DNA of 64,000 bases from Paraspadella gotoi. Its lineage: Eukaryota > Animalia > Chaetognatha. Positions 55,498-64,000 of the stretch are shown here, one piece after another. Every line of letters begins with the position of its first letter. The first letter of the stretch is position 1. Where the stretch lies: positions 22,325,875 through 22,389,874 of the forward strand of contig CM119266.1 in the NCBI GenBank assembly GCA_051294375.1, read 5' to 3'. The notes under the pieces are model-generated. The model was not told the origin of the DNA, searched no databases, and was given only the letters and a program-made list of their open reading frames with translations. The translations under genes were made by a program, and so were the position numbers.

Positions 55498-58400
55498 CGG
55501 CGGAAGCGTCGGTGGGGGAATGGGCGGTCCGCTCTTTCATCACGGGGTGGCACCAGGTCAGTTTTATTGACGATTTTTGAGTCTTATAAAATATATGTAT
55601 AATTTAATTCACTATACACTATACGATAACGTTGACAGAGGTTGAAAAGAAAAGAAGATTCTCAGATTTTTTCGGTGAACACGAAGTTGGATTTCCATAT
55701 AAAGAGATTTCCCTGGCGAGAGAAAATGCAAATAGGAAGATTAGGGATCTAGCGATTGTTAGCACGGACTTAGTTGATGTGGATTGGTTGCCATTAATGA
55801 TATAGAGCATTTTAGATTGGTTGAATCGATTTCATAGATTGGTAAGATTGGGCATATTGTCAATTTAAGTTGGGGTAAGTAAATAAATGTTGAACTATTG
55901 AGAACATCGACTTTGGCCGTAACAATAAAGGTTTTCTAGCGCAAATAGACATTACGAACTGATGATTGAGACGTCGAGGTTGTGAGCGCGTCAGACTCTT
56001 TTTTGGCATGAGACCAATTACAGTCAAGACATTCAAGACAGTCAAGACCATTGACAGTCAAGACGTGGATTCAATTTGAGATTCGAGTCGGGATTTTATC
56101 TCCAGATTCTCCGCCCAAAAATCAATCTGAGGAAAGAAAGCGGAAGAAAGAGCGGACAAGAAAGAGAACGCAGAGAAGCAAGATGAAAGATAGGGAAGAT
56201 TCTGAATAGTAAAATAATGATTCTATGAAAATAGTAGTGTCAACTATATTTCGAAAATAATCTAAACGACGACCAATATGTAAACATATGAAGTCCTTTA
56301 ATGTCATTTTGAAATGAACCATAAGTTACTCTGCGAACAGTGAAGAAGGCTGGACTAGGAAAAGAAGAGAGAGTAGAGTAAGATAGCAGGAATTGAGAAA
56401 TTAGGATGGGTTAGGATATAAAAAAATAAATTGATAAAAACCAAAAGAAAAAAGGAGATAACAGAAATTCCAACTGGTAAACACTTAAATATCTTTCGTT
56501 TTTATTTACTAAATTTTTAAAGAATGTGCTTTTTTTTTCAAGGTTTGGGTGGGAATCCTCCGAGGCGGCTGCGAACCGCCTACACCAACACGCAGTTGTT
56601 GGAACTGGAGAAAGAGTTCCACTTCAACAAGTATCTCTGTCGGCCACCGTCGTATTGAAATCGCGGCTTCCCTCGACCTCACCGAAAGACAGGTAGTTGG
56701 ATGAGACAAAAAATCGATTTGCATGTTTGCGCGATTTAAGATTTCGGCGCAAGTAGAGAAGAGGTCTTATGAAGTTGAAAAAAAAACAATAAATGAGTCT
56801 TAACTAAATAGATCATTTTGTTGACAAAATTTTTGTGACAGAATAATATTATAAAAGAAGCGGCAAGAATACTTAAAAATGATGATAGAAAATTTATTTT
56901 ATTTTAATTTATTTATATTAATGGAAAAGGTGCTCATTTAACGACGCTCACTTGGATATTTGTAGCACTAGGTCGAAGACCTGGCCGCTAACGATTAACG
57001 GAACTGTGGTCAATCTCGCCAATCCCCCCCTGTCTCTTCCAGGTGAAAGTCTGGTTCCAGAACCGTCGAATGAAGCACAAACGTCACAGCCTCCAATCGG
57101 GTCCCAACTCTAAGGGGGACTCGTCGGAGGCGCCGCTCTCGCCGCCGGGTCTCAAGACGTCGGCGTCGGTCACTTCCGGTTCCGACTCCGACTGCGGATC
57201 CCCGGCGCCCTCGTCGTCGGCGCGATCGTCGGAGAAGGACGGCGTCGTCGGCGTTCTCGGCGTCGGGGAAGCCTTCGGAATCCGCGAGGCGTTGGGGGAT
57301 CCGGAGGCGGAGGAGACTCGACGGGCCGATCGAGGCAAGATCGGCGCCGAAGATGCGACGTCTGCGACTTCGTCCGCGGGGCGCCGGTTGTCGTCATCCT
57401 CGTCGTCGTCGCCGAACCGGTTCGCCGAGATGGTCGGCGGCAGCGGCGTAGGCGGCAGCGGCGCCGGGACGCCGTTTCCGGCAGAATTCGACGCCCTGTA
57501 CGCGCGATGCGGGTCGGCGTCAACGGCGTCGTCGGATCCACGATTGGCGCCTGGTGGGGTCGGCACCGTAGCAACGTCGCCAGGAGCGGAACCCCGAATG
57601 ACTTTCGCGCCAAAATCGGCGGCGGCGAAGCTGCAGGCTGCGGCGGCAGCGGCTGCGGCCGCAGCTAGGTCCGCCGCGGCTTCCAGCGCCATGAAGTCGC
57701 CGATGGACGCCATGAAAACCACCTTTAATCAACCCGGCAACAACAACAACAACGGCCCCCATGGAGCCGCTACTCACCCAATGATGGACGACTCAGTTTT
57801 CATGGCGCCGCCGCCCAATAAACGACGTCTAGTATCGCAATCATGCGGAAATCCCATGAGCGACATGGCCAATCAGGTGGAGAGTCTGCAGCCGATGCAG
57901 ATGCAGCACGCTGCAGGCATACAGGGACTGAGCGGAGTCTGCGGACAAGAGATGATGCAGCAACACATGCCAGGGCAGCAGATGATGCAGCAGACGGACA
58001 TACCTCTTCCATCCATCAACCAACAGTTTCAGGGCATGTATTCCAACAAGATGAATTTTCATCCGGGTTATCATCAGCAGCAACAGCAACTGCAACAACA
58101 ACAACAGCAGCACGCTATGATGAACGGAGTCTCATCAGCATCTACCTACCACCACGGCGTCAACCAACTCTCTCCGCAAAACATGCAACATTCACAGCAA
58201 CAGCAGCAAATGCAGCAGCACTCGAATCAACAGTACTTTTGCTCTGGATCTGGAGGCGTTGGCGGAATGTCGCCGCCGACCGGCGCTCAATATCCAGTCT
58301 CAATGGAAGGCGGCGCCATATTTCCGACCATGCCGTCGCCTAGGTGCGCCGCCAACTTCCCGCGGACGACGCCGCCTCCTCAGCAGCAGATGGCGGGTTA

Positions 58401-59391
58401 CGGCGCCGGCATGAACGCGGTCAATGATCCCATGACGATGCATCACGCCGCCGCTATGGGCGATGCCGCTCCGCAGGAGTGCATGGACTTGCTGCAGAAT
58501 CAATCGATGAACGCTCATCAAATGCAACAACTCCAACAGCAACAACAACAACAACAACACATGCAACAGTTTAGCGTCCACGGCGGCTACAGCGATCAAC
58601 AACAATTCGTCGACGTTTCGCAGACGATGATCGTCAACGGAATGTCCGTCCACGGTAACGATCCCGCGTTCAACGGCGTCGGAAACCATGGAAACGTCCT
58701 CGGCGGCTGCGGCCCTGCCGGGGCGACCGGCGGCGGCGCGTCCATGCATTATCCCGCCTCGGTTCCATCTCACAATTCCGAATATGCAAACTGTTTCGGC
58801 GGGACGACCTCGAATTTAAACAAGGGAGTTGTGGGAGGAGGAGGAGTAGGAGGAGGAAGAGGAGGAGAACGCGTAACGGGTGGAGAAGGAGGAGGAGGAA
58901 GAGGAGAAGCATCAGTGGCGGGAGAGAGAACTCAAATGAATTCCTTCAACTCGGCCTTGTGTTGTTCTCCTTCGATGAGCTGCTTCTCTCCCGACGCAGC
59001 GGCGCCGCATCCGGGTCAACACGACACGGCGGCGCAGCATGGCGCCGCTTCCGGTCATGCTCCGCCGACATCTTCCGGCGTAGACCCTTCGCAGGCCTCG
59101 TCTTCGTCGTCTTCTTCGTCTTCCTCTTCCTCCTCGTCCTCCTGCAGCCTGTCGTCGATGGGCTACGGACTCAATCAGCAGCAGATGCAACACCCCCAAC
59201 AGTTACAACAACAACAACCACAGCAGCAGCAGCAAGTTTCGTCGACGGACAACTCTGGGTCTTTTTCCCTCTCGGTGACGGGATGCATCGACTCTTCGAA
59301 TAACAACATATCCTCCACCTCCGTCGCCTCCACGGATCTCAGCAGCATCTTGTCCGATTTCCACAGCGAAGAGTTTTTTGATTACTACTGA
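46315..59391 (+). CDS. Hox2: Hox paralogy group 2 / proboscipedia homeodomain transcription factor, 8 coding exons, ~1213 aa after removing one inserted base
   Basis: Manually spliced exons, all GT-AG and phase-consistent: 46315-46420 ([17 protein letters not shown]...), 46798-46897, 47509-47575, 47701-48238, 48648-48872 ([10 protein letters not shown], the Hox2/pb hexapeptide), 55449-55556, 56543-56692, 57043-59391. The homeodomain [44 protein letters not shown]|[16 protein letters not shown] is pb-type. The four 5' exons rest on splice signals and frame continuity only. Confidence 0.93.
47138..47323. repeat. Compound (GA)n-(GATA)n microsatellite in Hox2 intron 2
   Basis: Direct inspection. 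Confidence 0.9.
48648..48872 (+). CDS. Hox2: Hox2 exon 5, carrying the YPWM hexapeptide (Pbx/Exd interaction motif)
   Basis: Acceptor ttcctctcag at 48647, reads ...[19 protein letters not shown]...HLGIC, donor G|gtaagt at 48873. Confidence 0.92.
54890..54943. promoter_or_regulatory. Paired Pbx-Meis/Prep-like sites in the large Hox2 intron
   Basis: TGATTGACA at 54890-54898 and inverted TGATTTGACA (TGTCAAATCA at 54931-54940), in a short complex island between (GA)n and (CT)n tracts. Confidence 0.3.
56543..56692 (+). CDS. Hox2: Hox2 exon 7: homeodomain residues 1-44, with an apparent +1 frameshift
   Basis: Acceptor tttttcaag; [35 protein letters not shown], then an extra C at 56647/56648, then [15 protein letters not shown]; donor CAG|gtagtt at 56693. 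Not present in the supplied ORF track. Confidence 0.95.
57043..59391 (+). CDS. Hox2: Hox2 terminal exon: helix 3 ([14 protein letters not shown]) plus a ~765-aa S/A/Q/G-rich C-terminal tail
   Basis: The 782-codon ORF starts immediately after acceptor tctcttccag (57042). The ORF-track start is the Val45 codon, not an initiator. It ends ...[15 protein letters not shown]. Confidence 0.95.
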   Translation: MKVWFQNRRMKHKRHSLQSGPNSKGDSSEAPLSPPGLKTSASVTSGSDSDCGSPAPSSSARSSEKDGVVGVLGVGEAFGIREALGDPEAEETRRADRGKIGAEDATSATSSAGRRLSSSSSSSPNRFAEMVGGSGVGGSGAGTPFPAEFDALYARCGSASTASSDPRLAPGGVGTVATSPGAEPRMTFAPKSAAAKLQAAAAAAAAAARSAAASSAMKSPMDAMKTTFNQPGNNNNNGPHGAATHPMMDDSVFMAPPPNKRRLVSQSCGNPMSDMANQVESLQPMQMQHAAGIQGLSGVCGQEMMQQHMPGQQMMQQTDIPLPSINQQFQGMYSNKMNFHPGYHQQQQQLQQQQQQHAMMNGVSSASTYHHGVNQLSPQNMQHSQQQQQMQQHSNQQYFCSGSGGVGGMSPPTGAQYPVSMEGGAIFPTMPSPRCAANFPRTTPPPQQQMAGYGAGMNAVNDPMTMHHAAAMGDAAPQECMDLLQNQSMNAHQMQQLQQQQQQQQHMQQFSVHGGYSDQQQFVDVSQTMIVNGMSVHGNDPAFNGVGNHGNVLGGCGPAGATGGGASMHYPASVPSHNSEYANCFGGTTSNLNKGVVGGGGVGGGRGGERVTGGEGGGGRGEASVAGERTQMNSFNSALCCSPSMSCFSPDAAAPHPGQHDTAAQHGAASGHAPPTSSGVDPSQASSSSSSSSSSSSSSSCSLSSMGYGLNQQQMQHPQQLQQQQPQQQQQVSSTDNSGSFSLSVTGCIDSSNNNISSTSVASTDLSSILSDFHSEEFFDYY

Positions 59392-60018
59392 CGATGTAGC
59401 AGAATAATTTCTGATGATGATGATGATGCTGAGAGAATCCGAGTATTAAGTTATTCAGTCGCAGAGCGGACTTTGTGTTGAACGAACAGTTGACTGAAGA
59501 CTAGAAAGATTCAGTCGTTGCTTATGATTTGTCGAAATCGGAAATGGCTGATTTGTCGTCGCTCGGACTCTTTATTAAAGCGGCACCCCCGTTTCGTTTC
59601 CCCCGCTCCCCAACACGCCCGCTCTCCACCCTTTTTTTTCCCCTACTTCATAGTTCATACCCATTATTTCCTTTGTATCTCCAGTTTCTTTCTTTTTATC
59701 CTCATCCGCTTTTTGTTTCTATTTTTTTTTCTTTTGTTCGTACGATCGAATTTTCGAACCCGATTGAATTTCCACCCGCTCAAACTAGTATTTATTTTAA
59801 CTTATTTTCGAATTATTTATTGGTTCCGCGTCGCACTAGTCTTTTATTTTTTTCCCCTTTTGAACGAAAGAGGGAAAACCATTTTCACGCACTGACGGAG
59901 AAACGATATATATTATCATTGTATCACGAAAATGATTATTTATTACTGCATTTCGCTGATAATTTATTCAAAGTTGTTTTATTGACTATTAATTTGATGT
60001 CATGATGATTGATTAAAA

Positions 60019-60024
60019 AATAAA
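60019..60024 (+). promoter_or_regulatory. Candidate polyadenylation signal of Hox2
   Basis: AATAAA ~630 nt after the stop codon, followed ~20-35 nt later by a T/GT-rich tract (gttattttttattgttttt). Confidence 0.5.
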
Positions 60025-61792
60025 GATTCACGAAAAGAAACAGTTATTTTTATTGTTTTTGAGCTGATTCGGTTAAAGTTATATCAGAAATCAAAGGTAA
60101 AAACAAAAACATAAAAAGAAAGAATGGAAGAAAGCCAAAAAATTTAAGAAAAGATCGTGGCAAAAATGAAAAGACAGAAAGATATAAAAGAAAGAAAGAA
60201 AGAGATTTTCCTAAAAAAAAAAAAAAAGATTAAAAAACTAATATTCAACGAAAGACAAAAAAATCAATAAAAACCAAATAAAAAAGGTAAACAAATAAAA
60301 GAGGTTCCATCCCACGTGCTTCTCCCAGCTTCACGCCGCGACGCGCACGCCGTCGTAAAATGAGAGGGAAGAGACCGGGACGTAAAACGGTCCAACTGCG
60401 TCCCAACGATTCCATCCCGATTCCATCCCGCGGAATTTATGCCCTTTTATGGTCATCGGTTCCGGACGTCGCTTCCCTTTGGTTCCACGAGGAGTCACAA
60501 TTACGACCCGAGAAAGAACCGCGGTGACGATTCGAGGGTCGTGATGACGATAAAGGTTCTCGTTTTAGACGTTAGTTTAAAATCATTTTGATAACAATAT
60601 ATTTTAAAAAAGATTATAAAATATCTTTTTTTCAAATAAAAATAAGCCAATGAATAAATATTATTTTAAGTTTTTTGACTTATTTTTATTTTCTGATTTT
60701 AAGTTTTTTAATTAATAAATTTTAATATTACTTTTGTAAGTTATTAAAATCCACTTTTTTTAAAAAAATGGCCCTGATAGTAAGCAAACCAACAATAATT
60801 TATCTTTAGAATTCTAACATTCGTTCTCTCAGTAACAAAATTTTGCACGACTTCTTGTTACACAAGTTTTGGAACACTTTTTGACGCCACGATTTGACTG
60901 AAGTTGAGCCCTTTTATTGTTTGTGGTGAATTCACGTGAACAGTTGGGAGGAATTGAAGGCTAAACAAATCACGTGACTTAGTTCTCTATTCATAGAATT
61001 GAATTGACTGAAGCGACGATTTGTATTATGTTCTAAAAGACGACAGATTATTAAATATTAACTATTAAATATTTTATTTAAAAAAACCCAACAAACAAAA
61101 ACAAAAAAACAAACAAAAAAAAACAGGAATTTCAAAAATCCAAAGAGATGGAGATTATAGAGATTATAATAATTTCGTCATCGTCAGTAAGGTTTTGTTA
61201 ACTAAAATTATAGTATTTATAAAAATAGTAATAAAAAAACCCAAAAATAGCCGATTGAAGATTTATTTTCGATTAATACGAAGTGATTCAACGAAACTTG
61301 ACTTTTTTAACAAATCAAATGAAAAAGACTCGCACAGGAAAGAAAATTAGGATTTCAAGCAATGAGCATTGAGCAATGCTCAAAGACCATAAGTAGACGT
61401 CAGTGTGAAATGATAATTTAGATAACAATCAGGGGATGTAGATTCCGGAATGAAAATGAAGATTAACATGAGGATCATTGTCAAAAATTATTTGATAATG
61501 ATGGATGTGACTGACTACGTATTTATTGACATGGGTATCAGTATATGAACATTACCATGTATGTTTGTATGTATGCATGTATGTATGTAGGTTTGTTTTC
61601 ATTTGTTTGTATGAATGTACGTATGTATGCATTTTGTTATGAACTTTATAATATATTCATGTTATATGTTTATATATTTAGTAAGAATGTATGTTTATAA
61701 AAGTCAAAATCAATGTACAAATGAATTTGAACTGAGCAAAGATTGTTCCATTCCATAATATCATTTAACTCCCCGAGCTCCTGTCTCTGTCT

Positions 61793-63289
61793 TCACCCCT
61801 CGTGACGCTTCAACCTTCTTTCCTTCTCGGCGGCCAAAATCTTCTTGACTCCCCTCACGAGCTTCCGGAACCAAAACAAATTCAAGACGTCGAGCAAAAC
61901 CGGAATCGCGAGACCCATCGCCGGCCAGGTCCCCGGCACCGGCTCGTCTTCCACCGGCGCCGGCGACGCCGCCCACGCCGAGATCGTCGTCCACAGGCTG
62001 GCGTAGTAAAAGGGCATAGCGGCGATCCTGGCGGCGAAGAAGGAGGCGGTGAGCAGGAGGCCGTTGATGAAGTAGCCGCGGGAGGCGCGGAGGCCGGAGA
62101 CGTCGAGGAACCATCTGACGGTTGGGCGGGAGGGTTGGGTGATTGGTCATGATTTGATCAATATTGAGAGGTATAGAACCAATGGATTAAACAAAAATGA
62201 ATGAGGAAAGAACTGATAGAGATTGAATTATAAATGAAACGAGTTTGGCTTGAAAACCAACGGAACTGATTAAAATACAAGAGCCTCAATAATAGATCTT
62301 TAAAGAAGCCGATGTAGTGAACGATCTGTTCGTCATTCCGTCAATTGCTTTAAGAAATTCGCCGAAACCCAAATCTTAAGGATCTGACATTATTTTTTCC
62401 TCGACGGTTTCCAAAAATATAGATGTGTGGCGAATCCTAAATTCGCCTCCCGTATAGCTTGGCGAAACTCAGCTCGTCCCATTGGCTTGGACAGCTAAGT
62501 ACGCGTTCACCAACCGTGAGTTCCTGGTTAAATCCCCTCACGGTCACGCTGGTTGTGATGTCGGCATATAACACGCCAGTGGACATGGGGTGGTCACTGG
62601 CAGGTCCAAAGCCTGAGCGCCAGCTGTCGGGAGATGCCTCACACCCCAGGCATCACACATGTCCCTCCGTTGCCATACTGACAATATTTTTTCCTCGACG
62701 GTTCCTATACGAGATGCTATAGATTATAAAGATTTGAAAAGAAAAAAGAATAAAGAGAAAAACACCATCACTTTGAAAACCTCTGATTGACGAAAGGAGT
62801 CGAGGCTTCCGCCAGCAGTCGAAAGTTGGCGAACCAGACGAAGGATCCTTGCGTCACCACGAAGTGAAACGCCAAAAACGCCAGCACGTGATGAAGCAAG
62901 AAAGGCCCGTCACCCAGGTGGCGCCAGTGACGCAGCATCATCGCCAGGTCCACCGCAAGATAGCCGCAGGCCACGGCGCAGGCCCAGCGGCACGAGTGAC
63001 AGGCCGTAGTGCACCGCAGCGGCGCCTCGGTTTCCAGCGCCACGCAGACCGCGGCGACGCTGGTGACGACGACGGCGTGGACCGTGGACACGAGGCGAGA
63101 ATCCCACTCGACGCGGAGAGGCGCCGTGAGTCGGGAGTAGGAGTGGGTGTGGCTGAAGATTAAGGGAGAGACGACGTTGAAGAGAAAGAAGAAGAAGACG
63201 AAACTGAGAATTGACGGGATGTGGGCGTGGAGGGAAGGAGGGAGGGAGAAGACGGATGAAGAGGAGAAGGCGTCGACGACGACGTCCAT
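61793..63289 (-). CDS. TLCD4: TLC (TRAM/LAG1/CLN8) domain membrane protein, TLCD4/TMEM56-like, ~276 aa, 2 coding exons
   Basis: Exons 63289-62781 and 62114-61793 (AG|gt donor, cag acceptor, phase 2). The spliced protein has the family motifs EWDSRLVSTVHA, GYLAVDL, FLLHH, FANFRLLAEASTPFVNQRWFLD, FINGLLLTASFFAARI and LDVLNLFWFRKLVRG. Confidence 0.9.
62384..62705. mobile_element. ~265-bp structured interspersed element (SINE-like or non-autonomous Helitron-like) in the TLCD4 intron, between 28-29-bp direct repeats
   Basis: CTGACATTATTTTTTCCTCGACGGTTTCC (62384-62412) and CTGACAATATTTTTTCCTCGACGGTTCC (62678-62705) flank a GC-richer insert. The insert has four hairpins and a B-box-like GGTTAAATCCC. 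Confidence 0.5.
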
Positions 63290-64000
63290 GGCTGCCGCAG
63301 TTTCTGCAATTAGGTTTGTTTTGTTTATTTTCCTTTTTTTTAGGAGTTATACTTTTTATTTAAGTTCGTCGACCTTCGAATTCGAAATCTTGAACAGAAT
63401 TTCCCCGGCGAATAAATTTTGTGATTAATTCTTTTTTTTTTTTGTTGCTTATCTCGCTCGTTGATCTTTAAGAATTGAGAAAGTCCAAAAGTGAAAAAAT
63501 TCGGCACTGGAAGGTCGAAACTAAAGTTGATTCCATTTAGAATCGGGAGAAATTCACGCAGTACAAATTTACAATACGAACATAAGGTTTTAATTTGGTA
63601 TTTCGTTGTATCGGGAAAAAAAAATCGAAACGTTGCACTGCGTTTTTATTTCATAAAGTTCTTACGACGTAAGCTGAATCATTATTAGTTATTAGAGAAA
63701 ATTCAAAGCTCGAAAATGCGAATATTTTACTGCATATTTATCTTGAGTATTTTGTCTCGTGCGATCATTTTTTTGCTCGACTGATAATCCTCAATGCTCA
63801 GAGCCGCAACGTCGAAATACATAAAACAACTTAAGTTATAAAATCAGGGTTACAGAGAACTCGGTCAGGTTTTTTTTAAACCCGAATGGAAATTTTATGC
63901 ATCATTCGTACAGTTGTGTCGAATACTCGAATTACGACCAAAACAGGTGTCGGACTAAAACAAGCAAATATAGGAACAATAATTTACATGTCTTATCTCG

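Noticed and set aside
57084-59303. Antisense and alternative-frame ORFs over the Hox2 last exon
   Set aside because: These are expected shadows of GC-rich, low-complexity coding sequence.
56543-59391. Calling Hox2 a pseudogene
   Set aside because: There is only one lesion in an otherwise conserved homeodomain with intact splice sites and a long open last exon, in an assembly full of indel errors.

Overview
This is a eukaryotic (animal, probably protostome) genomic scaffold, very rich in (GA)n, (GAC)n and (AAAAG)n microsatellites, with several N gaps. Two genes are confidently identifiable. The first is an 8-coding-exon, roughly 1213-aa Hox2/proboscipedia gene (+ strand, 46315-59391). It has the EYPWMKEKK hexapeptide, a pb-type homeodomain split by the conserved intron between residues 44 and 45, and a 1-nt frameshift inside the homeobox. 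The second is a convergent 2-coding-exon TLCD4/TMEM56 gene (- strand, 61793-63289). I saw no other homeobox in the window, so this Hox2 looks detached from a compact Hox cluster. The first ~42 kb is mostly the same locus repeated 2-3 times as indel-rich copies, plus one base-identical 3.8-kb duplicate, joined by 25-N gaps. That pattern is most likely a long-read gap-filling or haplotype artefact. Comparing the copies exposes two presence/absence DNA-transposon insertions: a 2.3-kb foldback element with ~0.9-kb inverted arms at a TA site, and a 2.6-kb element with an ~8-bp target duplication. Several further spliced genes seem present in the noisy region but cannot be named. Most short ORFs in the supplied track are microsatellite artefacts. 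I found no convincing evidence of a wholly new biological system; the best leads are the isolated, very long Hox2 and the polymorphic elements.
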